Source: Bacillota bacterium
GTDB taxonomy: Bacteria > Bacillota > Desulfotomaculia > Desulfotomaculales > Desulfocucumaceae
Direction of reading: 5' to 3'
Assembly: GCA_049325075.1 (NCBI GenBank)
Contig: JBMOPF010000085.1
Span: forward strand, 12,065 to 76,064
Length of the DNA: 64,000 bases
Below the pieces are notes generated by a model, which saw only the letters and a program-made list of their open reading frames with translations, did no database searches and was not told the DNA's origin. A program made the position numbers and the translations under genes. This document shows, one piece after another, positions 44,355 to 53,015 of the stretch (positions are counted from its first letter, which is position 1; each line of letters starts with the position of its first letter).

Positions 44355-45572
44355 ATGGCCCGATTCACTCTGAAGGACTATGAAGGGGTGTCCGGAACCG
44401 CCATTATTGACGAGTGCCTGGCACTGGGGGAAAGGCTGAAAGGGTACTCAATATTGCATATAAATTCCACCAGGATTGGGGGTGGAGTGGCGGAAATACT
44501 TAATTCCCTTGTGCCCCTCATGCGGGAGGTGGGACTGGAGGCAAAATGGGAAGTCATTACCGGAGACCCTGAATTCTTTTATGTTACCAAGCAGATACAT
44601 AACGGCATGCACGGGCAGCCCGTAAACATAAGCGGAGAAATGATGGAAAGCTTTATGGCCACAGCCAGGAAGAACCGCGGTCTGCTGGAAAGCGGGGCGG
44701 ACATGGTTATATCCCATGACCAGCAGCCGCTGGGCCTTACGGCGTTAAGAAAGCAGACCGGCAGCCGGTGGGTCTGGTACTGCCATATTGATCCCTCCAA
44801 TGCTGATCCGGCGGTGTGGTATTTTATTGCGCCTATGGCTGCCGCCTGTGACGCAGCGATTCTGCACCTGCCCGAATATGCCCGCAACATTCCTGTGCTG
44901 CAATATTTTATGCCGCCGGCCATAGACCCCCTTTCGGAAAAGAACAGGGAGGTTGCGCCCGAGGAATACAGCACGGTGCTGGAAAAACTGGGGGTCGAGC
45001 CTGAAGGCCCTCCGGTAATACTTCAGGTGTCAAGGTTCGATCGCCTGAAAGACCCGCTCGGGGTAATCGAGGCTTTCAAGATGGTAAGGGAGAACAGGGA
45101 GTGCAGGCTAATTCTGGCGGGCGGCAGCGCTGACGACGACCCCGAAGGGGCGGCGGTACTGGAGGAGGTCAGGGCCGCGGCTGACGGCGACCCGGATATA
45201 CTTATTCTGGCCCTGGCCCCGGATGCGAACCTTGAAATTAATATACTTCAGCGCAGGGCTGATGTGGTGGTGCAGAAGTCGGTCAGGGAAGGATTCGGGC
45301 TGACCGCCACCGAGGCGCTGTGGAAAGGCAGGCCCATTGTGGCAACACCTACAGGGGGCCTGGCCCACCAGGTGCTGGACAACAGGACCGGCCTGGTGGC
45401 AAAAACAACTGAAGAAATGGCCTCTCAGGTGGATAAACTGCTGGGCGATCCTGAACTGGGAAGGCAGTTGGGCGCCGCTGGGAGGGAGTATGTGCGGCAA
45501 AGCTATATTTTGCCGGTATATCTGAGGAACTGGCTGAAGTTTATAACATTACTCAGCGGGCAAAGCCGCTGA
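44355..45572 (+). CDS. treT: trehalose synthase, TreT-like GT4 glycosyltransferase
   Basis: 405 aa. 'HINSTRIGGGVAEILNSLVPLMREVG', 'CHIDPS', 'MPPAIDPLSEKN', 'QVSRFDRLKDP' and 'REGFGLTATEALWKGRP' parallel the archaeal TreT sequence as I recall it. Confidence 0.7.
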   Translation: MARFTLKDYEGVSGTAIIDECLALGERLKGYSILHINSTRIGGGVAEILNSLVPLMREVGLEAKWEVITGDPEFFYVTKQIHNGMHGQPVNISGEMMESFMATARKNRGLLESGADMVISHDQQPLGLTALRKQTGSRWVWYCHIDPSNADPAVWYFIAPMAAACDAAILHLPEYARNIPVLQYFMPPAIDPLSEKNREVAPEEYSTVLEKLGVEPEGPPVILQVSRFDRLKDPLGVIEAFKMVRENRECRLILAGGSADDDPEGAAVLEEVRAAADGDPDILILALAPDANLEINILQRRADVVVQKSVREGFGLTATEALWKGRPIVATPTGGLAHQVLDNRTGLVAKTTEEMASQVDKLLGDPELGRQLGAAGREYVRQSYILPVYLRNWLKFITLLSGQSR

Positions 45573-46436
45573 ATAATTATTATCCACAGGGAAATATTCA
45601 TTTTTCCGTGACTTCACCCAAATATTCATATTCTCGAACCGGCCGCTTATGTGGCAATTGTTTATAAGAGTGCCGGTGAAATCATAGCCCAACCGGTGCA
45701 GGACAAGATTCATTCCATATGAGGACGCACGGGCAAGGCTGTACAGACAGCCAATTTTTCGGGAAATGCATTTTTTTTCAACGCATGCCAGAAGTATGGA
45801 ATTAAGGCCAAGACCCCGGTACTCCGGATCGGTGGCGCAATTGGTCAGTTCGGCGTTGCCCCGGTCTGCCTGGATTTCGGCTGCTGCCACCCCAACCAGA
45901 CGCCGATGGTGGAATACCACCATAAAAACATCTCCCTTTTCCATGGACCGGGCAAGGTAGAGAGGATCATAAACCGGCGCGGGGTAGGTGGCAAAGACTT
46001 TTTTAAACAGTTTGGAAATGGCCGCCGCATCCTTCGCTGTGGCCCGGCGAATGTTAAATTCCTTCGGAAGGTGCTTGCGCAGGCCACTTTTAGTGTTAAT
46101 TATTTCATGTAATATTTTTCTTTCCCTTGACAGGGTAAGGGATATAGCCCGTCTTTGGGAAGGAAAGGCCGAAAGAAAACAGGCGTCGTTTCCGTTAAAA
46201 TAGCCCTGTATGACACCCTCGACGTAGAAACCGTCACCTTTCATTCTGTCAACATCTTCTGACTTCACGGGCAATATAATTTTCCCCAGCCCAAGTTTCC
46301 GGGAGGTATCTAAAAGGTGCCGGCGAAGGTTGGCCGGTTTGTCGGCCGAATAGTCCGTCACCCAGATTCTCCGGCTCGCATCCTCAATCCTGGCTTTAAC
46401 GGAAAAGCCTATACCACAATCATGAATATGGATCAT
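45549..46436 (-). CDS. ablB: beta-lysine N6-acetyltransferase (AblB-type GNAT)
   Basis: 295 aa with a C-terminal GNAT core 'VGVAAAEI...TDPEYRGLGL'. Located immediately downstream of lysine 2,3-aminomutase. Confidence 0.7.
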   Translation of the reverse strand: MIHIHDCGIGFSVKARIEDASRRIWVTDYSADKPANLRRHLLDTSRKLGLGKIILPVKSEDVDRMKGDGFYVEGVIQGYFNGNDACFLSAFPSQRRAISLTLSRERKILHEIINTKSGLRKHLPKEFNIRRATAKDAAAISKLFKKVFATYPAPVYDPLYLARSMEKGDVFMVVFHHRRLVGVAAAEIQADRGNAELTNCATDPEYRGLGLNSILLACVEKKCISRKIGCLYSLARASSYGMNLVLHRLGYDFTGTLINNCHISGRFENMNIWVKSRKNEYFPVDNNYSAALPAE

Positions 46437-46448
46437 TATCTGCCTCCT

Positions 46449-47666
46449 CTATTCGGAAACGGCGGCGTTTTTACCCGTGGTGTCAAAAGTCACCCTTCCA
46501 TGCTGCATCAGCCCGGCTATGCCCACTCTGGTGGAAGGCTTTTTCACTTCACCGGCGTCGGGCTCGGTATACACATAAATGTTTCCCTCGAAATTCCTGA
46601 GGACTGTTTTTCCCTGGCCCTGGGAAAGAAGGTAGTTGGGCATGAGGGGTATTTTCCCGCCGCCCCCCGGGGCGTCAACAACAAAGGTGGGGACAGCCAG
46701 GCCGGAGGTATGGCCGCGAAGGTTTTCCATTATTTCTATGCCTGCACTTACAGGTGTGCGAAAGTGGCCTATTCCTTCGGAAAGATCGCACTGGTAGAGA
46801 TAATATGGCCGGACTCTTATTTTTAACAGCTTTTGGACCAGCTTTTTCATAACATCGGCCCTGTCGTTTATTCCCTTCAACAAAACCGACTGATTGTTCA
46901 ACGGTATTCCCGCCCCGGCAAGGCGGGCACAGGCCTGGGCGGATTCCGGGGTTATCTCGCTGGGATGATTGAAATGGGTGTTTATCCAGACAGGATGGTA
47001 TTTTCCCAACATTGAGCACAGCCCGGGAGTAATGCGCTGGGGCAGGACCACCGGTGTCCTGGTGCCTATACGGATAATCTCAACATGGCGGATTGACCGC
47101 AGCTTTCGCAATATGCCTTCAATATGCCCGTCAGAAAGGGTTAGCGGGTCGCCTCCAGAAATGACCACATCCCGGATGGCGCTGTTATTTTTAATATAGG
47201 CGATGGCACGGTCCAACCGGCTTACGGGCATGGCCTTATCCTGCTGTCCCGCCAGGCGCCGCCTTGTGCAGTGACGGCAGTACATTGAACAGGTGTCGGT
47301 TACCAGCAGGAGCGCCCTGTCAGGATAGCGGTGTGTCAAACCGGCAACGGGAGAATCTATATCCTCGTGCAGGGGATCCTTCATATCTCCCCTGGAGGTT
47401 GTTAATTCTTCTATTCGCGGCACAGCCTGAAGGCGAATGGGACAATTTCTGTCTGAAGGGCTGATAAGGCTGGCATAATATGGTGTTATAGCCATTCTGA
47501 ATTTTTTCAGACAGGCGGAAATTTCCTCTTTTTCCTGGTGCGTAAGCTCAACCAGACGTGAAAGACTTTTAATATCGGTTATCCGGTTGCTCAACTGCCA
47601 CCGCCAGTTGTTCCACTCTTCGGCGGAAGCGTTGAAATATTTCACAACATCCCAGGGTCTGCTCAT
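46449..47666 (-). CDS. ablA: L-lysine 2,3-aminomutase (radical SAM/PLP)
   Basis: 405 aa. 'CSMYCRHCTRRR' and 'VVISGGDPL'; the rest of the sequence is collinear with KamA family proteins. Confidence 0.9.
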   Translation of the reverse strand: MSRPWDVVKYFNASAEEWNNWRWQLSNRITDIKSLSRLVELTHQEKEEISACLKKFRMAITPYYASLISPSDRNCPIRLQAVPRIEELTTSRGDMKDPLHEDIDSPVAGLTHRYPDRALLLVTDTCSMYCRHCTRRRLAGQQDKAMPVSRLDRAIAYIKNNSAIRDVVISGGDPLTLSDGHIEGILRKLRSIRHVEIIRIGTRTPVVLPQRITPGLCSMLGKYHPVWINTHFNHPSEITPESAQACARLAGAGIPLNNQSVLLKGINDRADVMKKLVQKLLKIRVRPYYLYQCDLSEGIGHFRTPVSAGIEIMENLRGHTSGLAVPTFVVDAPGGGGKIPLMPNYLLSQGQGKTVLRNFEGNIYVYTEPDAGEVKKPSTRVGIAGLMQHGRVTFDTTGKNAAVSE

Positions 47667-47986
47667 AGAATACCTCCTAGAATAATTTGCCTAACAACCT
47701 TGTATGCATATACGGGTTGCTGGTCAGGGTAATTATAGCACATTGATACCATGCTTACAAACAGTGATTATTGGCATAAAAGACAAGGAGAGTGGATGTG
47801 CGCTGGAAATAAAGGATTACAATAGGATTCTATGCGGCAACTTTGATTTATAATACAAGATGTCGTTGTCATCGCCTAATCAGCTGCAAACAGGGGAGAG
47901 GAACTTGAGATAATTATTGAGATCTGTTATTTTTTATAGGGGCTAAATTAATAGCATTGCCATAAAATCGCAGGAGGTCATTAATA

Positions 47987-48316
47987 ATGAACAGAGAATT
48001 GAAGCCGCAGCCAAATTTTTATCAGTTCAAGGAATTTGTGAGGGAAGCGGTAAAAGAAAAGACTGGTCTTGACGATATAGATGACCGGCAGAGATGGCTT
48101 GAAATTGGTGACGAAGAAAAAAGACAGGAAATACTATATTCCCTGAAAGCATTTCTGGAGGGGGAATACGGTGTGGAAATGCCTCTCCCCGATAATGCCG
48201 AGAATGCCGATATTTATTTTGAAAGCATGTGTATACAGCTTCATCATACCTACAGCAATGTATACCTTATGGAAAGGATAAACAGGAAAGTCATGAGGAA
48301 CAGGTATAGAAATTAA
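47987..48316 (+). CDS. hypothetical protein (109 aa), AT-rich orphan
   Basis: Strong AGGAGG RBS 8 nt upstream. No family recognised. Confidence 0.55.
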   Translation: MNRELKPQPNFYQFKEFVREAVKEKTGLDDIDDRQRWLEIGDEEKRQEILYSLKAFLEGEYGVEMPLPDNAENADIYFESMCIQLHHTYSNVYLMERINRKVMRNRYRN

Positions 48317-48455
48317 TGCCTTCCGGAAGAAAACAGCCCCAGGATAAAGGCAAATATCCCCATCGCCCCCAGGATTACCAGAAAAATTACTGTTTTTGAA
48401 GTGATCAAAGTTTTATACCCCGTATTTCTATAATGCTTGGGAAAATACAGTTTTT

Positions 48456-48704
48456 TTATTGTTTCGCCGGATTGTCGCCTGTGTTTAACATATCAGCCAC
48501 AAGCCTCAGGGTGCTCACTGTATGAGTAACAAGTATTTCATAAAGCAGAAGGGGAAGCACCTCTTGCATGGACTGTCCCACCTCGCCGGAGGCCACTTTT
48601 TTTTGGACAATATCCCCCGCCCGGTTGAGAGAGATGTTTACAAGATTGAGAATACGGTCTTCATTTTCTTTAACAAATGAGTCAATGTCGATATTGTTGC
48701 TCAT
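48456..48704 (-). CDS. hypothetical protein (82 aa), AT-rich orphan
   Basis: GAGGAG lies 7 nt upstream of the second ATG, so the start is moved from 48710. No family recognised. Confidence 0.5.
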   Translation of the reverse strand: MSNNIDIDSFVKENEDRILNLVNISLNRAGDIVQKKVASGEVGQSMQEVLPLLLYEILVTHTVSTLRLVADMLNTGDNPAKQ

Positions 48705-48772
48705 ATTCATACTCCTCTTTATTTATATTATCGCCGATAATGAAGGTAAGAAGTCGCCGGGTTAAATGCTTG

Positions 48773-50743
48773 TCAATAAGGGCGGGAAAGCCTTCCCGAC
48801 AAGGCGCGGGAGGCAAGCACATACATGGCATGAGACCAGTTCAGGGGCAAAACCCAGGCGGGGCCGCCGTTTTCCCTGTGCACCTGCTCGGGCAGGAGGC
48901 CGGTTGGAGAACAGTTTTTTTCCGACCACCTTAATAATTCCCCCGCCCGGTTATAGTTGCCGCGGAGGGAGTGGAAGACGGACATCCAGAGAGTGGTGAT
49001 CACCCACGGGTTGCCTCCGGCATAGCTATCTCCCTCATAGCGGTGAATTCCTCCCACTACCCCGTTTTGCAGCTTTTTTTCTATTGCTTCCACGGTGGCA
49101 AGCATTCGCAGGTCGTCTGGTGGAAATACGCCGAAGGGATAACAAAGGCCAAGCAGGGCGGCATCCATACGCAAATCAAAGGGGACGGCAAAATAAGAAT
49201 AAGGGGTTCCGGGAACCTGGAGTTGTTTTGCATCCTGGCCGTTCTCCATCGCCCTGCAATAGTCCCACTCATACACTCTCCGGTTGACTGATTTAATGAA
49301 GGTCTTGATGTCGTCGCGCCACAGGTTTGCAATAATGCTTTCCCTGACGGCATCAGCATGTTGGTTCCATTTTTCTTTAAGAGGTGTTTTATCCAGTGCA
49401 TCAGCCATGAGGGCGGAGGCCTTCAGGCCACCATATACCGCGGCAGAGGAATAGGAGCTCTGGGAAAAATCGTCTTCCCATAATTCCATTGAGGGTGCGG
49501 GAAGCCCGTTGGAGGATATGTTCCTGGCCAGATAGTCAGCGCCTGACAGCACGGAAGGCCAGACTGCGACAAGAAATTCAGCATCGCCGGTTATGCTGTA
49601 GTGGTGGTGATAGCCCCACAGAACAGCGCCGGCCTGGTCAATCTGCTGTCCCCAGGTGGGCGCCGGACAGCCGTTCATGAAGTACCTCTGGTGCCAGCTG
49701 CCGTCCCTATTTTGAGTCCTGGCGGCGAATTTGTAAAACAGTTCCGCCTCGTCATGGAAGCCTGTCTCGTCAAGGGCCAGGGCAACAAACATGCCGTCCC
49801 TGGGCCAGCAGTATCCATAGCCGCCACTGGCGGCATAATGCGAGTCAAATTCGGGGGCCGCCACAGATGCCCCGCTGGAGCTGTCGGACATCAGCTTCAT
49901 TGACAGGAGGGACCTCCTGTAGAGGGGGGTGTTTTCAGTCCGGCCATTGGCGCTGTTGCCCTGTTCCAACCAATCCTCCCAGTGGCGCCTGGTTTTTTTT
50001 ATCAGTTCTTCCGGGTTTAGCAGCGCGGGAAGGCCTAAAAGTTCCAGCAGATCATCTTCACTGTGGGCGGCGGCCAGGACAAGTGTCAGGGTTTTTTCCT
50101 CGCCCGGATTGATTAGGCCGATACTCCAGCCCAGTGCGCCGGCGCCGGACATTATATTGTCGGAATTGCCCCAGAATTCTCCCCTGCTGATCCCGGCAAA
50201 GGGGTCCGAGGGAGCATTCCTTCTGCCGCAGTGAAATCCGTAAGGAGTTCTGTCGGGGCACTTTAGGCCCAGGTAAACATCCCGTCTGAACTGAACAAGG
50301 GCCTGGCTTGCGGGAAGGTAACTCATACCGTCCTGATGTGACGACTCCTCTATGCTGAAGGAACAGTAGGCAATAAGATTTAAGCTGCGCACAGCCGGCC
50401 CCCTGTTGGCAATACGGTAAACCCTGACCAGTATATCATTATCCGGCATGACCAGATCAGTCTGGGAGATTTCAAGGTCTTCCCCGGGGGTTTTAATAAC
50501 GGTTTCAAGTATACTGGAGTTTCCCGGGTATGACTGGGTATGCATGAATTCATCGCTGTCCAGCCAGTGAGTGTTTCCACCGGGCTCCTGGATTCCCACC
50601 ATAAAAATCCCCATGTGCTGGCCCCAGTCTATATGAGGCCAGAAAAGCCTGTGCAGCATTCCATTCTGTCTTATGGAGCAAAGCATTCTGCCGTTGCCGG
50701 TTATTCCCCCGGGCATTAACGGGTCTAGGTAGTCCTGCATCAA
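48773..50743 (-). CDS. glycoside hydrolase family 15 (glucoamylase/trehalase-like)
   Basis: 656 aa. 'YGYCWPRDG', 'QIDQAGAVLWG' and 'LWEDDF' (the catalytic-acid region of the GH15 (alpha/alpha)6 barrel). GGAGG RBS. Confidence 0.85.
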   Translation of the reverse strand: MMQDYLDPLMPGGITGNGRMLCSIRQNGMLHRLFWPHIDWGQHMGIFMVGIQEPGGNTHWLDSDEFMHTQSYPGNSSILETVIKTPGEDLEISQTDLVMPDNDILVRVYRIANRGPAVRSLNLIAYCSFSIEESSHQDGMSYLPASQALVQFRRDVYLGLKCPDRTPYGFHCGRRNAPSDPFAGISRGEFWGNSDNIMSGAGALGWSIGLINPGEEKTLTLVLAAAHSEDDLLELLGLPALLNPEELIKKTRRHWEDWLEQGNSANGRTENTPLYRRSLLSMKLMSDSSSGASVAAPEFDSHYAASGGYGYCWPRDGMFVALALDETGFHDEAELFYKFAARTQNRDGSWHQRYFMNGCPAPTWGQQIDQAGAVLWGYHHHYSITGDAEFLVAVWPSVLSGADYLARNISSNGLPAPSMELWEDDFSQSSYSSAAVYGGLKASALMADALDKTPLKEKWNQHADAVRESIIANLWRDDIKTFIKSVNRRVYEWDYCRAMENGQDAKQLQVPGTPYSYFAVPFDLRMDAALLGLCYPFGVFPPDDLRMLATVEAIEKKLQNGVVGGIHRYEGDSYAGGNPWVITTLWMSVFHSLRGNYNRAGELLRWSEKNCSPTGLLPEQVHRENGGPAWVLPLNWSHAMYVLASRALSGRLSRPY

Positions 50744-50911
50744 AATCCTCCGTTTTAATACTTATACTGAAGAAAAAATAGTTGGAGAGAATATAGGGGT
50801 TTATATTCTATATCTTTGTAATCTCTCCTCTGAGATTTATTTACATTGTGGTTCAAAGGACAGAAGCTATTCCTTCCGGCCTCTGACGCGGAACTCGCTC
50901 AGTATATGCAA

Positions 50912-52732
50912 TTAATGCAGCATGCGGCCGGCTGACCTGCCCCTGGCAGTATAGCTGGTATGCAAAATTTCTTTCGCCGTCCTGCTCAGGGGGCTGCCCA
51001 GGAATTTTTCATATATCTGTTTCACCGCAGGATTTTCATGTGCCCTTCTTATTTTCTTACCGGCATCTATGCGGTAGAGAGCACCGGTCCTCAGTGACTT
51101 CTGCTCAGTGGAAACTTTTCTATCCCGGGGGGCTGTGATGGGCTGCCCGCCGCCTCCAACGCAACCGCCGGGGCAGGCCATTATTTCCACGAAATCAAAG
51201 TGTTCACCGGCCTTTATTCTGTCCAGTAGCTTTTTGGCGTTTCTCGTTCCATGGGCCACGGCAATTCTTACCTTGCGGCCCCGGATAGGCACCTGGGCCT
51301 CTTTTATTCCGCGCATACCCCGTATTTCCTTAAATTCTACAACTGTATCGTCCTTTCCTCCAGTGAGGGCAAGGGCTGTCCTCAAGGCAGCCTCGGTAAC
51401 CCCGCCTGTGGCTGCAAAAATTGCACCGGCGCCGGTGGACAGACCAAGGGGGCTGTCATATTCCCCTTCGGGAAGCTCTTGGAAGCGCAAACCTGCTGAC
51501 CGCACCATTCTGGCAAGTTCTCTGGTGGTAAGCACATAGTCGACATCGCGGTGCCCCCTGGTTACAAGCTCCTGCCTGGCCGCCTCAAATTTTTTTGCCG
51601 TGCAGGGCATTATGGCGACCACAACCATTTTTCCGGGGTCGATACCTTCCTTTTCGGCCAGATAGGTTTTTATCAGCGCGCCGAACATTTCCATCGGCGA
51701 TTTACAGGTGCTCAGATTGTTCAGGAATTCAGGATAAAAGTGCTCACAAAATTTCACCCAGCCCGGGCTGCAGGAGGAGATGAGGGGGAGCTCCCCGTGT
51801 CCTTCCAGCCGTTCCAGAAGTTCATGGGCTTCTTCCATTATGGTAAGGTCGGCGGCGAACTCGGTGGAAAAAACCATGTCGAAGCCGAGTCTTCTAAGGG
51901 CGGTGACAAGTTTGCCGGTTACTTGAGTTCCCGGGGGCAGGCCGAAGGATTCGCCAATGGACACCTGGATGGCGGGCGCAACCTGGACGGCAACTTTCAG
52001 CTCGGGGTCTTCTATGGCGCGCCAAACCTCGTCAATATATTCCCTCTCGGTAAGTGAGCCCGTTGGGCAGGCCATTACACACTGGCCGCAGCTTATGCAG
52101 TCCACATCGCCCAGGTCTTTCATGAAAGCCGGGGATATCACCGAGTTATAGCCCCGGTTTCTGGCGGAATAAACACTGACACCCTGCACTTCCCTGCATA
52201 CTGCCTCACAGCGGCGGCACTTGACACACTTGTTATAGTCGCGGATGATGTATGGATTTTTGCGGGAAACCGGGTATTTCCTGGTCTCGCCGGTCACCCG
52301 GAGCTTTCTTATACCCATTTCGTCTGCAAGGCGCTGCAGTTCACAGTTAAGGTTGCGTGCGCAGTTGGTGCAGTCCCGCTCGTGCTCGGAAAGAAGCAGT
52401 TCCACGACTCTCCTGCGGGCGCGCCTTGCCCGGGAGGAGTTGGTGAAAACCTCCAGCCCCTCTGAAACAGGGTAGACACAGGAGGCCTGAAGACTTTTTC
52501 TGCTGCCGGACACAACTTCAACCAGGCAGACCCTGCAAACACCGGACTCGTTAATACCCTTCAGGTAGCACAGGGTTGGTATTTCTATGCCGATTGACCT
52601 GGCCGCCTCAAGTATATTTGAACCCTTTTCCGCAACTACCTTATTTCCGTCTATGGTCAGGCTTACTTCTTCAGCCATGGGCACTGCTGCCGGTTCAGCA
52701 GACCTTTCAGCGCCGGAAAGAATGGTTTCCAA
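50912..52732 (-). CDS. hydA: [FeFe]-hydrogenase, group A (2Fe-2S plus multiple 4Fe-4S N-terminal domains, H-cluster and a C-terminal small-subunit-like tail)
   Basis: H-cluster motifs 'SSCSPGWVKF', 'MPCTAKKFE' and 'EIMACPGGCVGGGGQP'. TTG start 5 nt after GGAGGTG. Confidence 0.9.
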   Translation of the reverse strand: METILSGAERSAEPAAVPMAEEVSLTIDGNKVVAEKGSNILEAARSIGIEIPTLCYLKGINESGVCRVCLVEVVSGSRKSLQASCVYPVSEGLEVFTNSSRARRARRRVVELLLSEHERDCTNCARNLNCELQRLADEMGIRKLRVTGETRKYPVSRKNPYIIRDYNKCVKCRRCEAVCREVQGVSVYSARNRGYNSVISPAFMKDLGDVDCISCGQCVMACPTGSLTEREYIDEVWRAIEDPELKVAVQVAPAIQVSIGESFGLPPGTQVTGKLVTALRRLGFDMVFSTEFAADLTIMEEAHELLERLEGHGELPLISSCSPGWVKFCEHFYPEFLNNLSTCKSPMEMFGALIKTYLAEKEGIDPGKMVVVAIMPCTAKKFEAARQELVTRGHRDVDYVLTTRELARMVRSAGLRFQELPEGEYDSPLGLSTGAGAIFAATGGVTEAALRTALALTGGKDDTVVEFKEIRGMRGIKEAQVPIRGRKVRIAVAHGTRNAKKLLDRIKAGEHFDFVEIMACPGGCVGGGGQPITAPRDRKVSTEQKSLRTGALYRIDAGKKIRRAHENPAVKQIYEKFLGSPLSRTAKEILHTSYTARGRSAGRMLH

Positions 52733-52929
52733 TGGAACACCTCCGGTAAAGTTTTTTCATAGTTTTTAACGGAGAAAGGGTATTTATTATTAATTGTGAA
52801 ACTTTAGACTACCATAATAAAATACACGGCTCCGTATTTTTGCATTTAGACGACCGAAGCTTTACGATGGAATAGTAATATTGTATAAAGTAATTAGTTG
52901 AATGAAAGAATTCCCTCCTTTTCCACTGG

Positions 52930-52953
52930 CCCGTTTTCAAAAACGGGTTTTTT
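52930..52953 (+). terminator. hairpin with a plus-strand T-run in the hydA-aor spacer
   Basis: CCCGTTTT-c-AAAACGGG followed by TTTTTTG on the plus strand only. Confidence 0.45.
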
Positions 52954-52959
52954 GTTGGC

Positions 52960-52994
52960 AAAAGCCCCGCAGTTTTTCTATACCGCGGGGCTTT
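52960..52994 (-). terminator. intrinsic terminator of the aor gene (bidirectional type)
   Basis: AAAAGCCCCGC-13 nt-GCGGGGCTTTT, located 22 nt downstream of the aor stop. Confidence 0.75.
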
Positions 52995-53015
52995 TGAGGA
53001 TATATGAGGATATAT

